This document shows positions 6,347 through 14,626 of a DNA stretch of 64,000 bases, piece by piece. Position numbers and translations under genes: made by a program. The stretch's first letter is position 1. Each line of letters opens with the position of its first letter. This DNA comes from a virus, in IMG/VR virus record IMGVR_UViG_3300025276_000020; one strand, given 5' to 3'. Below the pieces are notes generated by a model. That model worked only from the letters and a program-made list of their open reading frames with translations. It searched no databases and had not been told where the DNA came from.

Positions 6347-8122
6347 TTAGAAGCCCATGGCGTTTGATAGATTACCAGGCATTCCTAATGTCGTGTTTTG
6401 ATTTCTCACATTAACGTTATTTACAGGTGCAATAACAGGTGCGGCAACACTCACTTGAGAGCCTTTAGAATCTGCTCTGCCCATGGCGTCTGCTTCTACA
6501 GCAAGAGCGGTTATCGCATCTCCCCTACTAGAGGCTGCGCCCGGCAACAATTCACCTGTCTTTGCGTCTAATCCTGCATATGTATACACTGAGTTTGGTA
6601 TCGCTTTCGCAACGAGGCGGGAGGGATCATACCATGCTCTATCTGAGTCAGGATCAGGCAATATCATTCGTAAAATACTTTTGATGAAGTTTTCACCCAT
6701 CTCACCTGCACCCTTTGCGATGCCCATTACAGTACCACCTGGATCAGTAAACATTTTCTTAAAGAAGTTTTTAACTGCTTCCCATGCAGGATCGACTAAT
6801 GCAGTAAGACTGAAGCTTTTAAGTGTCTCAGCGATACCGTCAAAACCTAGTTTCTCCATCAACCAAGCAGGGAGCTTGATAAAGATTAGATCGATTGCTT
6901 CAGTGAAGCCTTTGATAATTCCTTTAATACCACCTTCTATACCAGCTTTAAGCTTATCGCCAAAACTACCATCTTCGCTAGTGAAGCCTTGATAGAATCC
7001 AGTAACAAAGTCGATGATGCTTAACAGTACTTGCGTGAATGGTCTCATAACTGTCTTAAGAATGATCTCGAAAGGCGCAAGTAGAGGCTTAAGAAACCCG
7101 CCAACTTTGCCTAAGAATCCTAATATACCGCCACCGTCAATGGCACCGAATGCTGTCTTCACGCTATCTGTTATACCAGCTAAGCCTACAGGCATAGTTA
7201 ATTTAATTCTAGGTATTCCATCGAAGAACTTTCCGACACCATCCTTAATACTAGTAAGTTTATCTCCAAATGCTGTAGCTGGTCCAGCAAACTTCTCAGT
7301 CATTCCCAACTTGACTCCATCGAAGAATCCATTGATACTGTTCTTAATCGCAGTTATCTTTCCACCGAATGCTTCTATTGGGCTTGCAAACTTCTCAGTC
7401 ATTCCTAGCTTAATTCCATCAAAGAATGTGTTAGCGGCTGTTTTAATGCCAGTTATCTTTCCACCAAATGCTTCGGCAGCCATAGTCCATTTCGTGTTTA
7501 TACTAGCCTGTATGCTGTCAAAGAATGCGTTAGTTCCAGTTTTGATTAAATCTATTTTAGGACCAACAGATATGCTGAGTTTAGTTTTGGTAAAATCATA
7601 CGGCATACCCTTAGCATCTACAAATGATATTTTAGGTATATCGGGGAATCTAGGTTTAAAGGCTTTAACTTTTTTCCCGAACTCTTCAATGCGAATGCCC
7701 ATGTAAACAATCTCATCAGTAAATTTTGTCCAACCCATGTTGAAAGTTTTGAACTTTCCTGGTAGCGCCATAGCTTTAATAGCCGCATCGAATCCAGTCA
7801 AAGATGCGGCAATTGCCACAATTCCAGATCCTAAACCCATCATTCCCATACCCATACCGCCGGATCCACCATCTCCGCCATCCATACCTTTACTAGCAAC
7901 TGATTCTGTTACAGCTTGCTTAGTAATTTTAGCCGTTGCTTTTGATTGAGCTAGATTGGCAGCCATTTGAGCTTTTCTTGCGGCATTAGCCGTCAGGTCA
8001 AAAGTAGCTTGTAGTATCTTAGTCTGGTTATCCATAGAATCACGCATAGACTTCAGATGTGGTGCTATCTGGTCTGTAGTGTCACTTGATAAATTGACTG
8101 TGGGCAGAGACGTGGTTGCCAT
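6347..8122 (-). CDS. Tape-measure / gp29-like baseplate hub protein
   Basis: Helical G/A/K/F-rich protein with 33-aa repeats; downstream of gp26-gp51; PVNNVNVRNQNTT tail. Confidence 0.65.
   Translation of the reverse strand: MATTSLPTVNLSSDTTDQIAPHLKSMRDSMDNQTKILQATFDLTANAARKAQMAANLAQSKATAKITKQAVTESVASKGMDGGDGGSGGMGMGMMGLGSGIVAIAASLTGFDAAIKAMALPGKFKTFNMGWTKFTDEIVYMGIRIEEFGKKVKAFKPRFPDIPKISFVDAKGMPYDFTKTKLSISVGPKIDLIKTGTNAFFDSIQASINTKWTMAAEAFGGKITGIKTAANTFFDGIKLGMTEKFASPIEAFGGKITAIKNSINGFFDGVKLGMTEKFAGPATAFGDKLTSIKDGVGKFFDGIPRIKLTMPVGLAGITDSVKTAFGAIDGGGILGFLGKVGGFLKPLLAPFEIILKTVMRPFTQVLLSIIDFVTGFYQGFTSEDGSFGDKLKAGIEGGIKGIIKGFTEAIDLIFIKLPAWLMEKLGFDGIAETLKSFSLTALVDPAWEAVKNFFKKMFTDPGGTVMGIAKGAGEMGENFIKSILRMILPDPDSDRAWYDPSRLVAKAIPNSVYTYAGLDAKTGELLPGAASSRGDAITALAVEADAMGRADSKGSQVSVAAPVIAPVNNVNVRNQNTTLGMPGNLSNAMGF
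7215..7570 (-). repeat. About 3.6 copies of a 99-bp (33-aa) tandem repeat
   Basis: FGGKITxIKxxxNxFFDGxKLGMTEKFAxPxxA; caaacttctcagtcattcc recurs 99 bp apart. Confidence 0.85.
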
Positions 8123-8132
8123 TTAAACTATC

Positions 8133-8459
8133 CTATTGAGACTTATTTGAGTAAGCTTGAGTTGTGTAAAATGCCGCAACGATAGCCGCTACTGACACAA
8201 AGTACGTTGGTGCGATATCGCCCAATGTTTTAGATGCCTGATCTAGTCCCATAAGAACGGCAAGTACTACTGCAAACGGGTATAAGAGCATGCCGAATAG
8301 TGCAAACCAAGCCATGTTACGCTGTGCGTCTTCACGCTTATCAGCATTTTCGATTTGTATCATTCGTTCGTGTTTAGATAGCTCTTCGTTTGATACGATT
8401 CCATCACCGTCTAGATCAGCGTCATTTAACATGCTGTCTACTGGTAGTTTTTTAGCCAT
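8133..8459 (-). CDS. Two-TM membrane protein with an N-terminal EF-hand-like loop (holin-like?)
   Basis: DADLDGDGIVSNEEL followed by two hydrophobic helices. Confidence 0.6.
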   Translation of the reverse strand: MAKKLPVDSMLNDADLDGDGIVSNEELSKHERMIQIENADKREDAQRNMAWFALFGMLLYPFAVVLAVLMGLDQASKTLGDIAPTYFVSVAAIVAAFYTTQAYSNKSQ

Positions 8460-8468
8460 GTCTTTCTC

Positions 8469-8636
8469 CTAGCTTTGTTGTTGATTCGTTGTTTCTATAA
8501 AGTCCACTAACATATCCATATAAAGATCACGCTCATACGGTATTAAGTTTTCTATATCACTTATACTATATTTATGATGTTGAGCCACTGCGAAGATATT
8601 TTTATAGTATGCCATAAGGTTATTATGGCTCAACAT
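8469..8636 (-). CDS. 51: gp51-like baseplate hub assembly catalyst (55 aa; not in the ORF track)
   Basis: Hand translation MLSHNNLMAYYKNIFAVAQHHKYSISDIENLIPYERDLYMDML...; TAATG overlap with the gp26 stop. Confidence 0.85.
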   Translation of the reverse strand: MLSHNNLMAYYKNIFAVAQHHKYSISDIENLIPYERDLYMDMLVDFIETTNQQQS

Positions 8637-9349
8637 TATGTAAAAAAAGAGTCCATACCCTCCACAACAAATTCTTTATCCTTATCATTCTTATCTTTAT
8701 ACTGGATCGTGTGCGTAAGCTTAGGCATAGTGTCAAAGAATGTCTTAATATCTCCAATAACAGCGCCATTAAATCCATCTACGAAATCACTAATTTCAAC
8801 TTTACTGAAGTCTTCTAGCTTGAATATCTCATCAGTATTATTATCCACCAATATATCAATACATCCAGTCATAGTCGAGAACATTTGATCGGTCTGAGAA
8901 AGATTATCATCAACCTCTTGTAACATTTTAACTTCGGATAAAGTTGGATATTTCATCATAATATGGTATTGATCATTCAGTACAATTTTCTTGTTATGAC
9001 CCTCAGGAGTCTTTACGCTAATGTCATTTATGTCAATTTCGACATTCACATTCTCTTCAGTTTCTTCGTCTACGAATCCAAACTTCATCATATTGTCTAC
9101 TGACTTGCCACGAATCATTAGAATAAGATACTCTAAATCAAATGTAGCAAGCTTATCTACGTCAACGCCTGTTGTACAGTTGTTAATGATCTGTTTTACT
9201 GCTAGAAAGATTTGATTCTGATCTTCTGATTCTTGTGCTATCAGAAGAATTTTCTCTTCTTTAACCGTAAATGGTCGAAATTTTGCCTTTTTGTCTGTAG
9301 ACGGAACAGTAACCTCAAATAAAGGTTGGTCAATTTTAGGTAAACCCAT
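8636..9349 (-). CDS. 26: gp26 baseplate hub subunit
   Basis: LPKI..P.....PS....KFRPFTVKEEKILL; FDLEYL...IRGKSV; FFDTMPKL. Confidence 0.9.
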   Translation of the reverse strand: MGLPKIDQPLFEVTVPSTDKKAKFRPFTVKEEKILLIAQESEDQNQIFLAVKQIINNCTTGVDVDKLATFDLEYLILMIRGKSVDNMMKFGFVDEETEENVNVEIDINDISVKTPEGHNKKIVLNDQYHIMMKYPTLSEVKMLQEVDDNLSQTDQMFSTMTGCIDILVDNNTDEIFKLEDFSKVEISDFVDGFNGAVIGDIKTFFDTMPKLTHTIQYKDKNDKDKEFVVEGMDSFFT

Positions 9350-9378
9350 AGTGTTATACTCCTATTGTATAGTAATAA

Positions 9379-10119
9379 TTAAAAAGATTTCAAAATAGTA
9401 GAGACATTAGATGCTTGGTTAATAGCATCTTGAATGCTTCTAGGTCGCTTCAATCCTCGAATCGCTTGTGTGAAAGTATTTATTGTAGATAGATAGCTTA
9501 ATAATCCATTAACTCCACCTCTGCCATCTATCATAGAACCTGTGTCTGCGCCTGTAACTTTAATTTCATCGTATGTGAATCCTACAGGCAGTGTCATTAT
9601 CTCAGTGTTTCCCCAAGATTCTGTTACATTACCCACTTGAACTGGGTATGCGCCACTCATCGTGTATGTGTATGTGATACTTTCTGACGCATAAGAATAT
9701 ACTACAACCTCTACAGTAGAGGCATAATCAGACTTGTATCCTAATTCGTACGGTAGTTGTCCGTCAACTGCTGACATTGGTCCACCAGACGTGTCGTAGT
9801 TAATCTGCAACTGCATCCATCTGTGAAAGAATTTCATAATTTCGAAATTGCTATCTACCATAAAAACTGTAGGCAGAATAGGAAATAACATAGAAGTTGG
9901 TCGTCTAGTAGTCGCACCAAATCCTTGAACTTGATAATCAGTTGTTACTACGTCAAACTCTGGAAGTGTAACAGTTCGGCAGAAGAAGCGTAGATCAGGA
10001 ATAATACCCTCATCGTTTCTTAGGGATTTAGGGGGTGTTATATTGACCATAAACAGGTTATCTTTAGCTAAACCGTGTCTACTAATAGTTGAATTAAATT
10101 CTTGAATGTTAAACGCCAT
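9379..10119 (-). CDS. Tail-tube-fold protein, gp54-like tail tube initiator
   Basis: GLAKDNLFMV, CRTVTLP, AYPVQV..LPVGFTY; position between gp2 and gp26. Confidence 0.7.
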   Translation of the reverse strand: MAFNIQEFNSTISRHGLAKDNLFMVNITPPKSLRNDEGIIPDLRFFCRTVTLPEFDVVTTDYQVQGFGATTRRPTSMLFPILPTVFMVDSNFEIMKFFHRWMQLQINYDTSGGPMSAVDGQLPYELGYKSDYASTVEVVVYSYASESITYTYTMSGAYPVQVGNVTESWGNTEIMTLPVGFTYDEIKVTGADTGSMIDGRGGVNGLLSYLSTINTFTQAIRGLKRPRSIQDAINQASNVSTILKSF

Positions 10120-10123
10120 TGCC

Positions 10124-10714
10124 TTATCCTATTTTTCTTTTTGAGTCTGACCAGACTTGAGTCTTCGATGCACCCTGGAATCTTTCTAGTGGTAAGAACA
10201 GTGCAACGTCCCATTCTGAGGGATATATGTACATGAACTTGCTACGTACCTGTGTAGTAAGATAGCGTTTAATGCATGGTTGAAATTCTTTATACTTAGC
10301 CGCACTCTCTAACATCTGATAGCTAATTTTAAGTCTAGTAGACTCATCAAATCGAGTGTTGCTTGCCGTGTCATATAGTGCGTCCATCAACTTAGCACGT
10401 AATGGCAAAGGAAGATAGTGCATATTTAATCCGTAGAACCCACCCTTTACTTTCTTAAAAGGAAATACTAACGGGAATCTATCAAAATATGGTAGAGTTG
10501 CTTTACCCTTTGCGTCATAATAATACATGTACATCTGTCCAACGAGAGGTCTAGCTGTTAAACGATCTGCATCGCCTTTTAACAGTTTACCATCGTTGAT
10601 TCTCTTATAGTCACTAGCACTTTTTCTATACCAGTCACGTGCCTTTGCTGTACGAGCTGGTATTTGTCCAGCCCGAACACCTTTGGTGAGAATTTCGTCA
10701 AACAGAATTGCCAT
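10124..10714 (-). CDS. 2: gp2 DNA end protector
   Basis: YDAKGKATLPYFDRFPLV, GFYGLNMHYLP, PCIKRYL, EWDVALFLP. Confidence 0.93.
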   Translation of the reverse strand: MAILFDEILTKGVRAGQIPARTAKARDWYRKSASDYKRINDGKLLKGDADRLTARPLVGQMYMYYYDAKGKATLPYFDRFPLVFPFKKVKGGFYGLNMHYLPLPLRAKLMDALYDTASNTRFDESTRLKISYQMLESAAKYKEFQPCIKRYLTTQVRSKFMYIYPSEWDVALFLPLERFQGASKTQVWSDSKRKIG

Positions 10715-11142
10715 TAGAGTACAACCACACCTTCGTTAATTAAACGCTCACGGTTGACTAGGTGAGCCGCATCGACATCATCTTTACTACCACCAAAATA
10801 TGCAACAGCATGACCCTCATCAATAAGAACCTCTGTTACTTTACGACCATCTTCTAGTATAAAATCGCCTAGAATACGACCAAATTTGCCCTTCATGTCT
10901 TCGCCCTTCTTAGACACTTGAGTCTTTAGAATAGAGCCATTCTTTAATAATTCTTTTAGCTTGGCTTTAGACGCTAGACCGAACTTCTTCTCGACTTTAT
11001 CACGTGTCCGTGACTCAGGAGTATCGATGCCCATAATTCTAACACGCTCTTTTCTCAGCCAAACGCCAAACCCTAGATCGATGTCTACATCTACTGTATC
11101 ACCGTCTATTACTCTTACTACTTTACATTTATATTCATACAT
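10714..11142 (-). CDS. Thermonuclease (SNase-like) family nuclease
   Basis: RVIDGDTVD, RIMGIDTPE, GKFGRILG, GHAVAY. Confidence 0.9.
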   Translation of the reverse strand: MYEYKCKVVRVIDGDTVDVDIDLGFGVWLRKERVRIMGIDTPESRTRDKVEKKFGLASKAKLKELLKNGSILKTQVSKKGEDMKGKFGRILGDFILEDGRKVTEVLIDEGHAVAYFGGSKDDVDAAHLVNRERLINEGVVVL

Positions 11143-11162
11143 ATTGTTGTCCTTTAACTTAA

Positions 11163-11606
11163 TTATTTTATCCCTAAATGATCTTCATGCATTATCTGCC
11201 AGATGAATCCATGATCTTTACAATACTCTTCTGCCGCCGCCCATTTCGCTTGGTTAACACCCCAAGTCTTTACTTCATTAATATATCTTTTAGTAGGCTT
11301 CTTACCTCTCTGAACTGTGGGTGGTACAGTTTGATACTTAGGTTTGACTTCTATTAAAATCTTTTCTTTCTTCTTACTTCTATTTATCTGTTCCACATAG
11401 AAGTCTGGGAAATATCTGTGCCATCTCCCATCAATAGGACTTTTATACGGTATAACAATTTCTTCACTACACCACTTAATAACGTGTGGATGTTTGTCTA
11501 AATAAGACATAAGCTTCAATTCCCAATGCGATCTGTAAATCACATTAGTTGGATCACCTAGATACTTATTTGGATTTCTAGGTCTAAAACTTCCCTGATA
11601 CGCCAT
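11163..11606 (-). CDS. 4: gp4 head completion nuclease (TnsA-like)
   Basis: YQGSFRPRNPNKYLGDP..YRSHWE, HRYFPDF, IEVKP, NQAKW. Confidence 0.95.
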   Translation of the reverse strand: MAYQGSFRPRNPNKYLGDPTNVIYRSHWELKLMSYLDKHPHVIKWCSEEIVIPYKSPIDGRWHRYFPDFYVEQINRSKKKEKILIEVKPKYQTVPPTVQRGKKPTKRYINEVKTWGVNQAKWAAAEEYCKDHGFIWQIMHEDHLGIK

Positions 11607-11615
11607 CTGATCTCA

Positions 11616-11651
11616 TATAAATAATTGTAGTTGTATTAACTAATATTTATA
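11616..11651. promoter_or_regulatory. Divergent pair of T4 late promoters
   Basis: TATAAATA on + at 11616-11623 and on - at 11644-11651. Confidence 0.85.
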
Positions 11652-11664
11652 AAGGTCGAAAACC

Positions 11665-12732
11665 ATGTCTACAGGCAGAATAACACCAGCGGAAACTGTA
11701 ATAGATCAGAGAATGAAGAAGCGTAATAGCTCTACTCTGACTTTCCCGCACACGCTTGGTCACCATGCCATGATATTTAACTTTAAAGAGTATAGCTACG
11801 GCAATTCTGCTCACGCTACAGTAGTAAATACCGAGAGCATCGTTTTACCTTTGCCTAAAAATCTTCAAGACAATATGAATATCAAAGTCGGCGCTGATGA
11901 GATTGGAGTAGCTGGATCAATGGCAGCAAATGCCGCTAAAGGCATGAAGAATATTGGCGGTATAGGAGGGTTAGCGACAAAGATATCAGGTATGTTTAAT
12001 ACGACTCTAGATGCGGCTAAAGGAGCGTCTGCGGCTGATATTAATGTCGCAAATGCACAAGCAGTTGTATCAGGAGCGACAGACACTGCCTTATTTCTTG
12101 CGAGTGCAGGACTAGGTGCTATCGGACCAGACCTTGCGAAAGGTATTGGAGCAGGAACAGGAACTGCTGTTAACCCGTATGCAACATTAGTATTCAGCGG
12201 AGTCGATCTAAAAGTACACACATTCGAATGGACATTATCACCTGATAGTCCTGAAGAAGCAGATACGTTAAGACGAATTATTGGCACTATTCAAAATCAG
12301 ATCACTCCCGAGATGTCTGGAGTTGGTGGAGTTAAAGTAGAAGAATCTCTTAGTTCTGTAGGAGAGACTACACTATCAAGAGGTCTATTAAAATATCCTT
12401 CGATGGTTGATTGCTTCTTTTACGGTATTGATAGCAATTTCTTCTATAAAATGAAGACGTGTATGATCAGTCAGTTTAATGTTGACTATGCACCTAACGG
12501 TATTGCATTAAATAGAGGTGGTAAGCCAAGCGCAGTGAGAATTAATATGGTTATGACAGAGGCAGCTATTCATACGAAAGCTGACTACGGTGCTGAACTG
12601 TTTCTACCACCTGCTGTAGCAGAAGAAGAGAGCGAAGAGACCGCAACAAACGAGACACAAGACGGATCAGGAGATAAATTAGACAGCAATGGTGTTCCGA
12701 TACCTGCAAATCAAGGAGGAGCAACACCATGA
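11665..12732 (+). CDS. 48: gp48 baseplate tail-tube cap
   Basis: IVLPLPKNLQD, NPYATLVFSGVDLKVHTFEWTLSPDSPEEA, VDYAPNG. Confidence 0.85.
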   Translation: MSTGRITPAETVIDQRMKKRNSSTLTFPHTLGHHAMIFNFKEYSYGNSAHATVVNTESIVLPLPKNLQDNMNIKVGADEIGVAGSMAANAAKGMKNIGGIGGLATKISGMFNTTLDAAKGASAADINVANAQAVVSGATDTALFLASAGLGAIGPDLAKGIGAGTGTAVNPYATLVFSGVDLKVHTFEWTLSPDSPEEADTLRRIIGTIQNQITPEMSGVGGVKVEESLSSVGETTLSRGLLKYPSMVDCFFYGIDSNFFYKMKTCMISQFNVDYAPNGIALNRGGKPSAVRINMVMTEAAIHTKADYGAELFLPPAVAEEESEETATNETQDGSGDKLDSNGVPIPANQGGATP

Positions 12733-13277
12733 GTTACTTCAGCAAATTCCCGCTAGTATTAAGAGATAAAGAATATGTGGTCGATATCACGAGAAGAGCA
12801 AAGCTATCAGACTCTATCGCTAACACGAATTATCTTCCCTACACAGTTAAAGAAGGCATGAGACCAGAAGATGTTGCCTACTTATACTATGGAGATGCAG
12901 AGTTAGCATGGTTGGTGCTATTAGCTAATAATATACTTGATCCATATACTCAATGGCCTAAGTCACAAGCCAATTTAGACGCATTTATTATAAAAGAATA
13001 CGCTACACAATCAGGTACAACTAATGAAGCAGTCCTCACGTGGGCACAGAACACATCATTAACAAATAATATCAAATACTATAAGAGTAAATACGTACCT
13101 GAAATACAAATCAATCACGCAACATACTCAGCTAATCCAACGTCAGAATGGTTACCAGTAAGAGTATATGACTACGAGTTCGAATTAAATGAGAAGCGTA
13201 GAATCATATCACTATTTAATGCGAACTATGTCGGTGAGATAGGTAAGTTGCTAGAGAAGAGATTAAATGGAAAGTAA
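12729..13277 (+). CDS. 53: gp53 baseplate wedge (LysM-like)
   Basis: MSYFSKFP, YTVKEGMRPEDVAYLYYGD...WLVLLANNILDP..QWP, NEKRRII. Confidence 0.9.
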   Translation: MSYFSKFPLVLRDKEYVVDITRRAKLSDSIANTNYLPYTVKEGMRPEDVAYLYYGDAELAWLVLLANNILDPYTQWPKSQANLDAFIIKEYATQSGTTNEAVLTWAQNTSLTNNIKYYKSKYVPEIQINHATYSANPTSEWLPVRVYDYEFELNEKRRIISLFNANYVGEIGKLLEKRLNGK

Positions 13278-14625
13278 TAATGTAAATGTCGCTGAAGCAG
13301 GTTACTATGAACTGATCAGCTTTAAGATACGCACACTCAAATCAAAGCCAGATGAGGGTATTGAATTAAATCAAATCGTCACTAACTGGCTTATAACTGA
13401 AGGTATCGATAGTCCTAATATAATGGGATCGTGTATCGTAGTAGACTCAGAAGGACTCTTAAGAAAACTTCCTATATTAGGCGAAGAATACATTACTATC
13501 GAATATAAAGACTTCTTTGGTAAGACAAGCAAGAAAGAATTCTATTGCTTCTCGGTACGTGACGTTAAACCCTATGATGAGAGCAAAGATAACCTATTGA
13601 GCTACAGCTTAGACTTCACATCAATCGAGAACTTCAACGCTAATCAACAAGAAGTCGCTAAATCATACAGTAATATGCTTGTATCAGATATGGTAAAGAA
13701 TGTCTATGAGGAATTCTTTCTTAGACAAGAGAACACCTCTAGTGCAAAGCCGATTGAAATCGAACCTACAGTAGGCAACCAATCGTTCTGTATCCCAACG
13801 CTGTCGCCCGCCAGAGCGATAGACTTCCTCGCCAGAAGAGCATACGGCGGTGATAAGTCAACAAACAATTATAAGTTCTTTGAGACAAGAGAAAGCTTTT
13901 ATTTCTGTACACCTAACTACCTGGCTGAGAAGTATAAGGACATGACATCAACACCTCAGGCGATAAGTGATAATAATCTTTTATTTAATACAAATAAGGT
14001 GTATGATAACAATACTCCCGAAGGACAACTCTCGGCACAACAAACAATCATGCAGATGAGCTATGGTAATCCCACTAATACTATAGAAGAGATAGGATCA
14101 GGTCAATATAAGAGATCAGTATTCGAAGTAGATATATTAAATAGAACCACATCAAGAACAGCATTCGATTATAGAGAGTATGCAGACAGAAACAATCTAG
14201 GTGATATCAAGATCAATCATAGCGAAGACTTTATTAGCGATAAAATGCCTCGTATTGCAGAGACATTCGTTATAAAGGACTATAATACACCTGGTCAGAT
14301 AGAGAGAAGCGATAGAAGTTATCCCTTTTACGCAGAGGTAATTAATTCACGCAGGGTATTTAATTCTCACCTTGCTAAGTATGCAATTAATTGCGGCATA
14401 AACGGTCGAATTGCACTGGTTCCAGGAATGGTTATATTTATAATGGTTGATCGAATCGAAGTGGCTAAGAATCCACAGGCAGACAAAGAGCGAGACGGCT
14501 TCTATATGATCACAAACATAACGAATGTACACGAAGACGATAACTATATGCAGATGATAACGATGACCAAAGGCGGTCTATCACAGTCCTATGATAGAGT
14601 CTTGTTCAGTGAGGGAGGAGAATAG
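13267..14625 (+). CDS. gp27-like baseplate hub protein
   Basis: LPILGEEYITI, YKFFETRESFYF, GFYMITNITNV; between gp53 and gp5. Confidence 0.7.
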   Translation: MESNNVNVAEAGYYELISFKIRTLKSKPDEGIELNQIVTNWLITEGIDSPNIMGSCIVVDSEGLLRKLPILGEEYITIEYKDFFGKTSKKEFYCFSVRDVKPYDESKDNLLSYSLDFTSIENFNANQQEVAKSYSNMLVSDMVKNVYEEFFLRQENTSSAKPIEIEPTVGNQSFCIPTLSPARAIDFLARRAYGGDKSTNNYKFFETRESFYFCTPNYLAEKYKDMTSTPQAISDNNLLFNTNKVYDNNTPEGQLSAQQTIMQMSYGNPTNTIEEIGSGQYKRSVFEVDILNRTTSRTAFDYREYADRNNLGDIKINHSEDFISDKMPRIAETFVIKDYNTPGQIERSDRSYPFYAEVINSRRVFNSHLAKYAINCGINGRIALVPGMVIFIMVDRIEVAKNPQADKERDGFYMITNITNVHEDDNYMQMITMTKGGLSQSYDRVLFSEGGE

Positions 14626-14626
14626 T

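Noticed and set aside
6483-7949. Long + strand ORFs (169, 230 and 70 aa)
   Set aside because: Antisense shadows of the tape-measure-like gene; Pro/Ile-rich with no recognisable motifs
8574-8888. 104-aa + strand ORF
   Set aside because: Antisense to gp26 and gp51
11163-11606. TnsA-like transposase
   Set aside because: Motifs and context identify T4 gp4; no transposon ends
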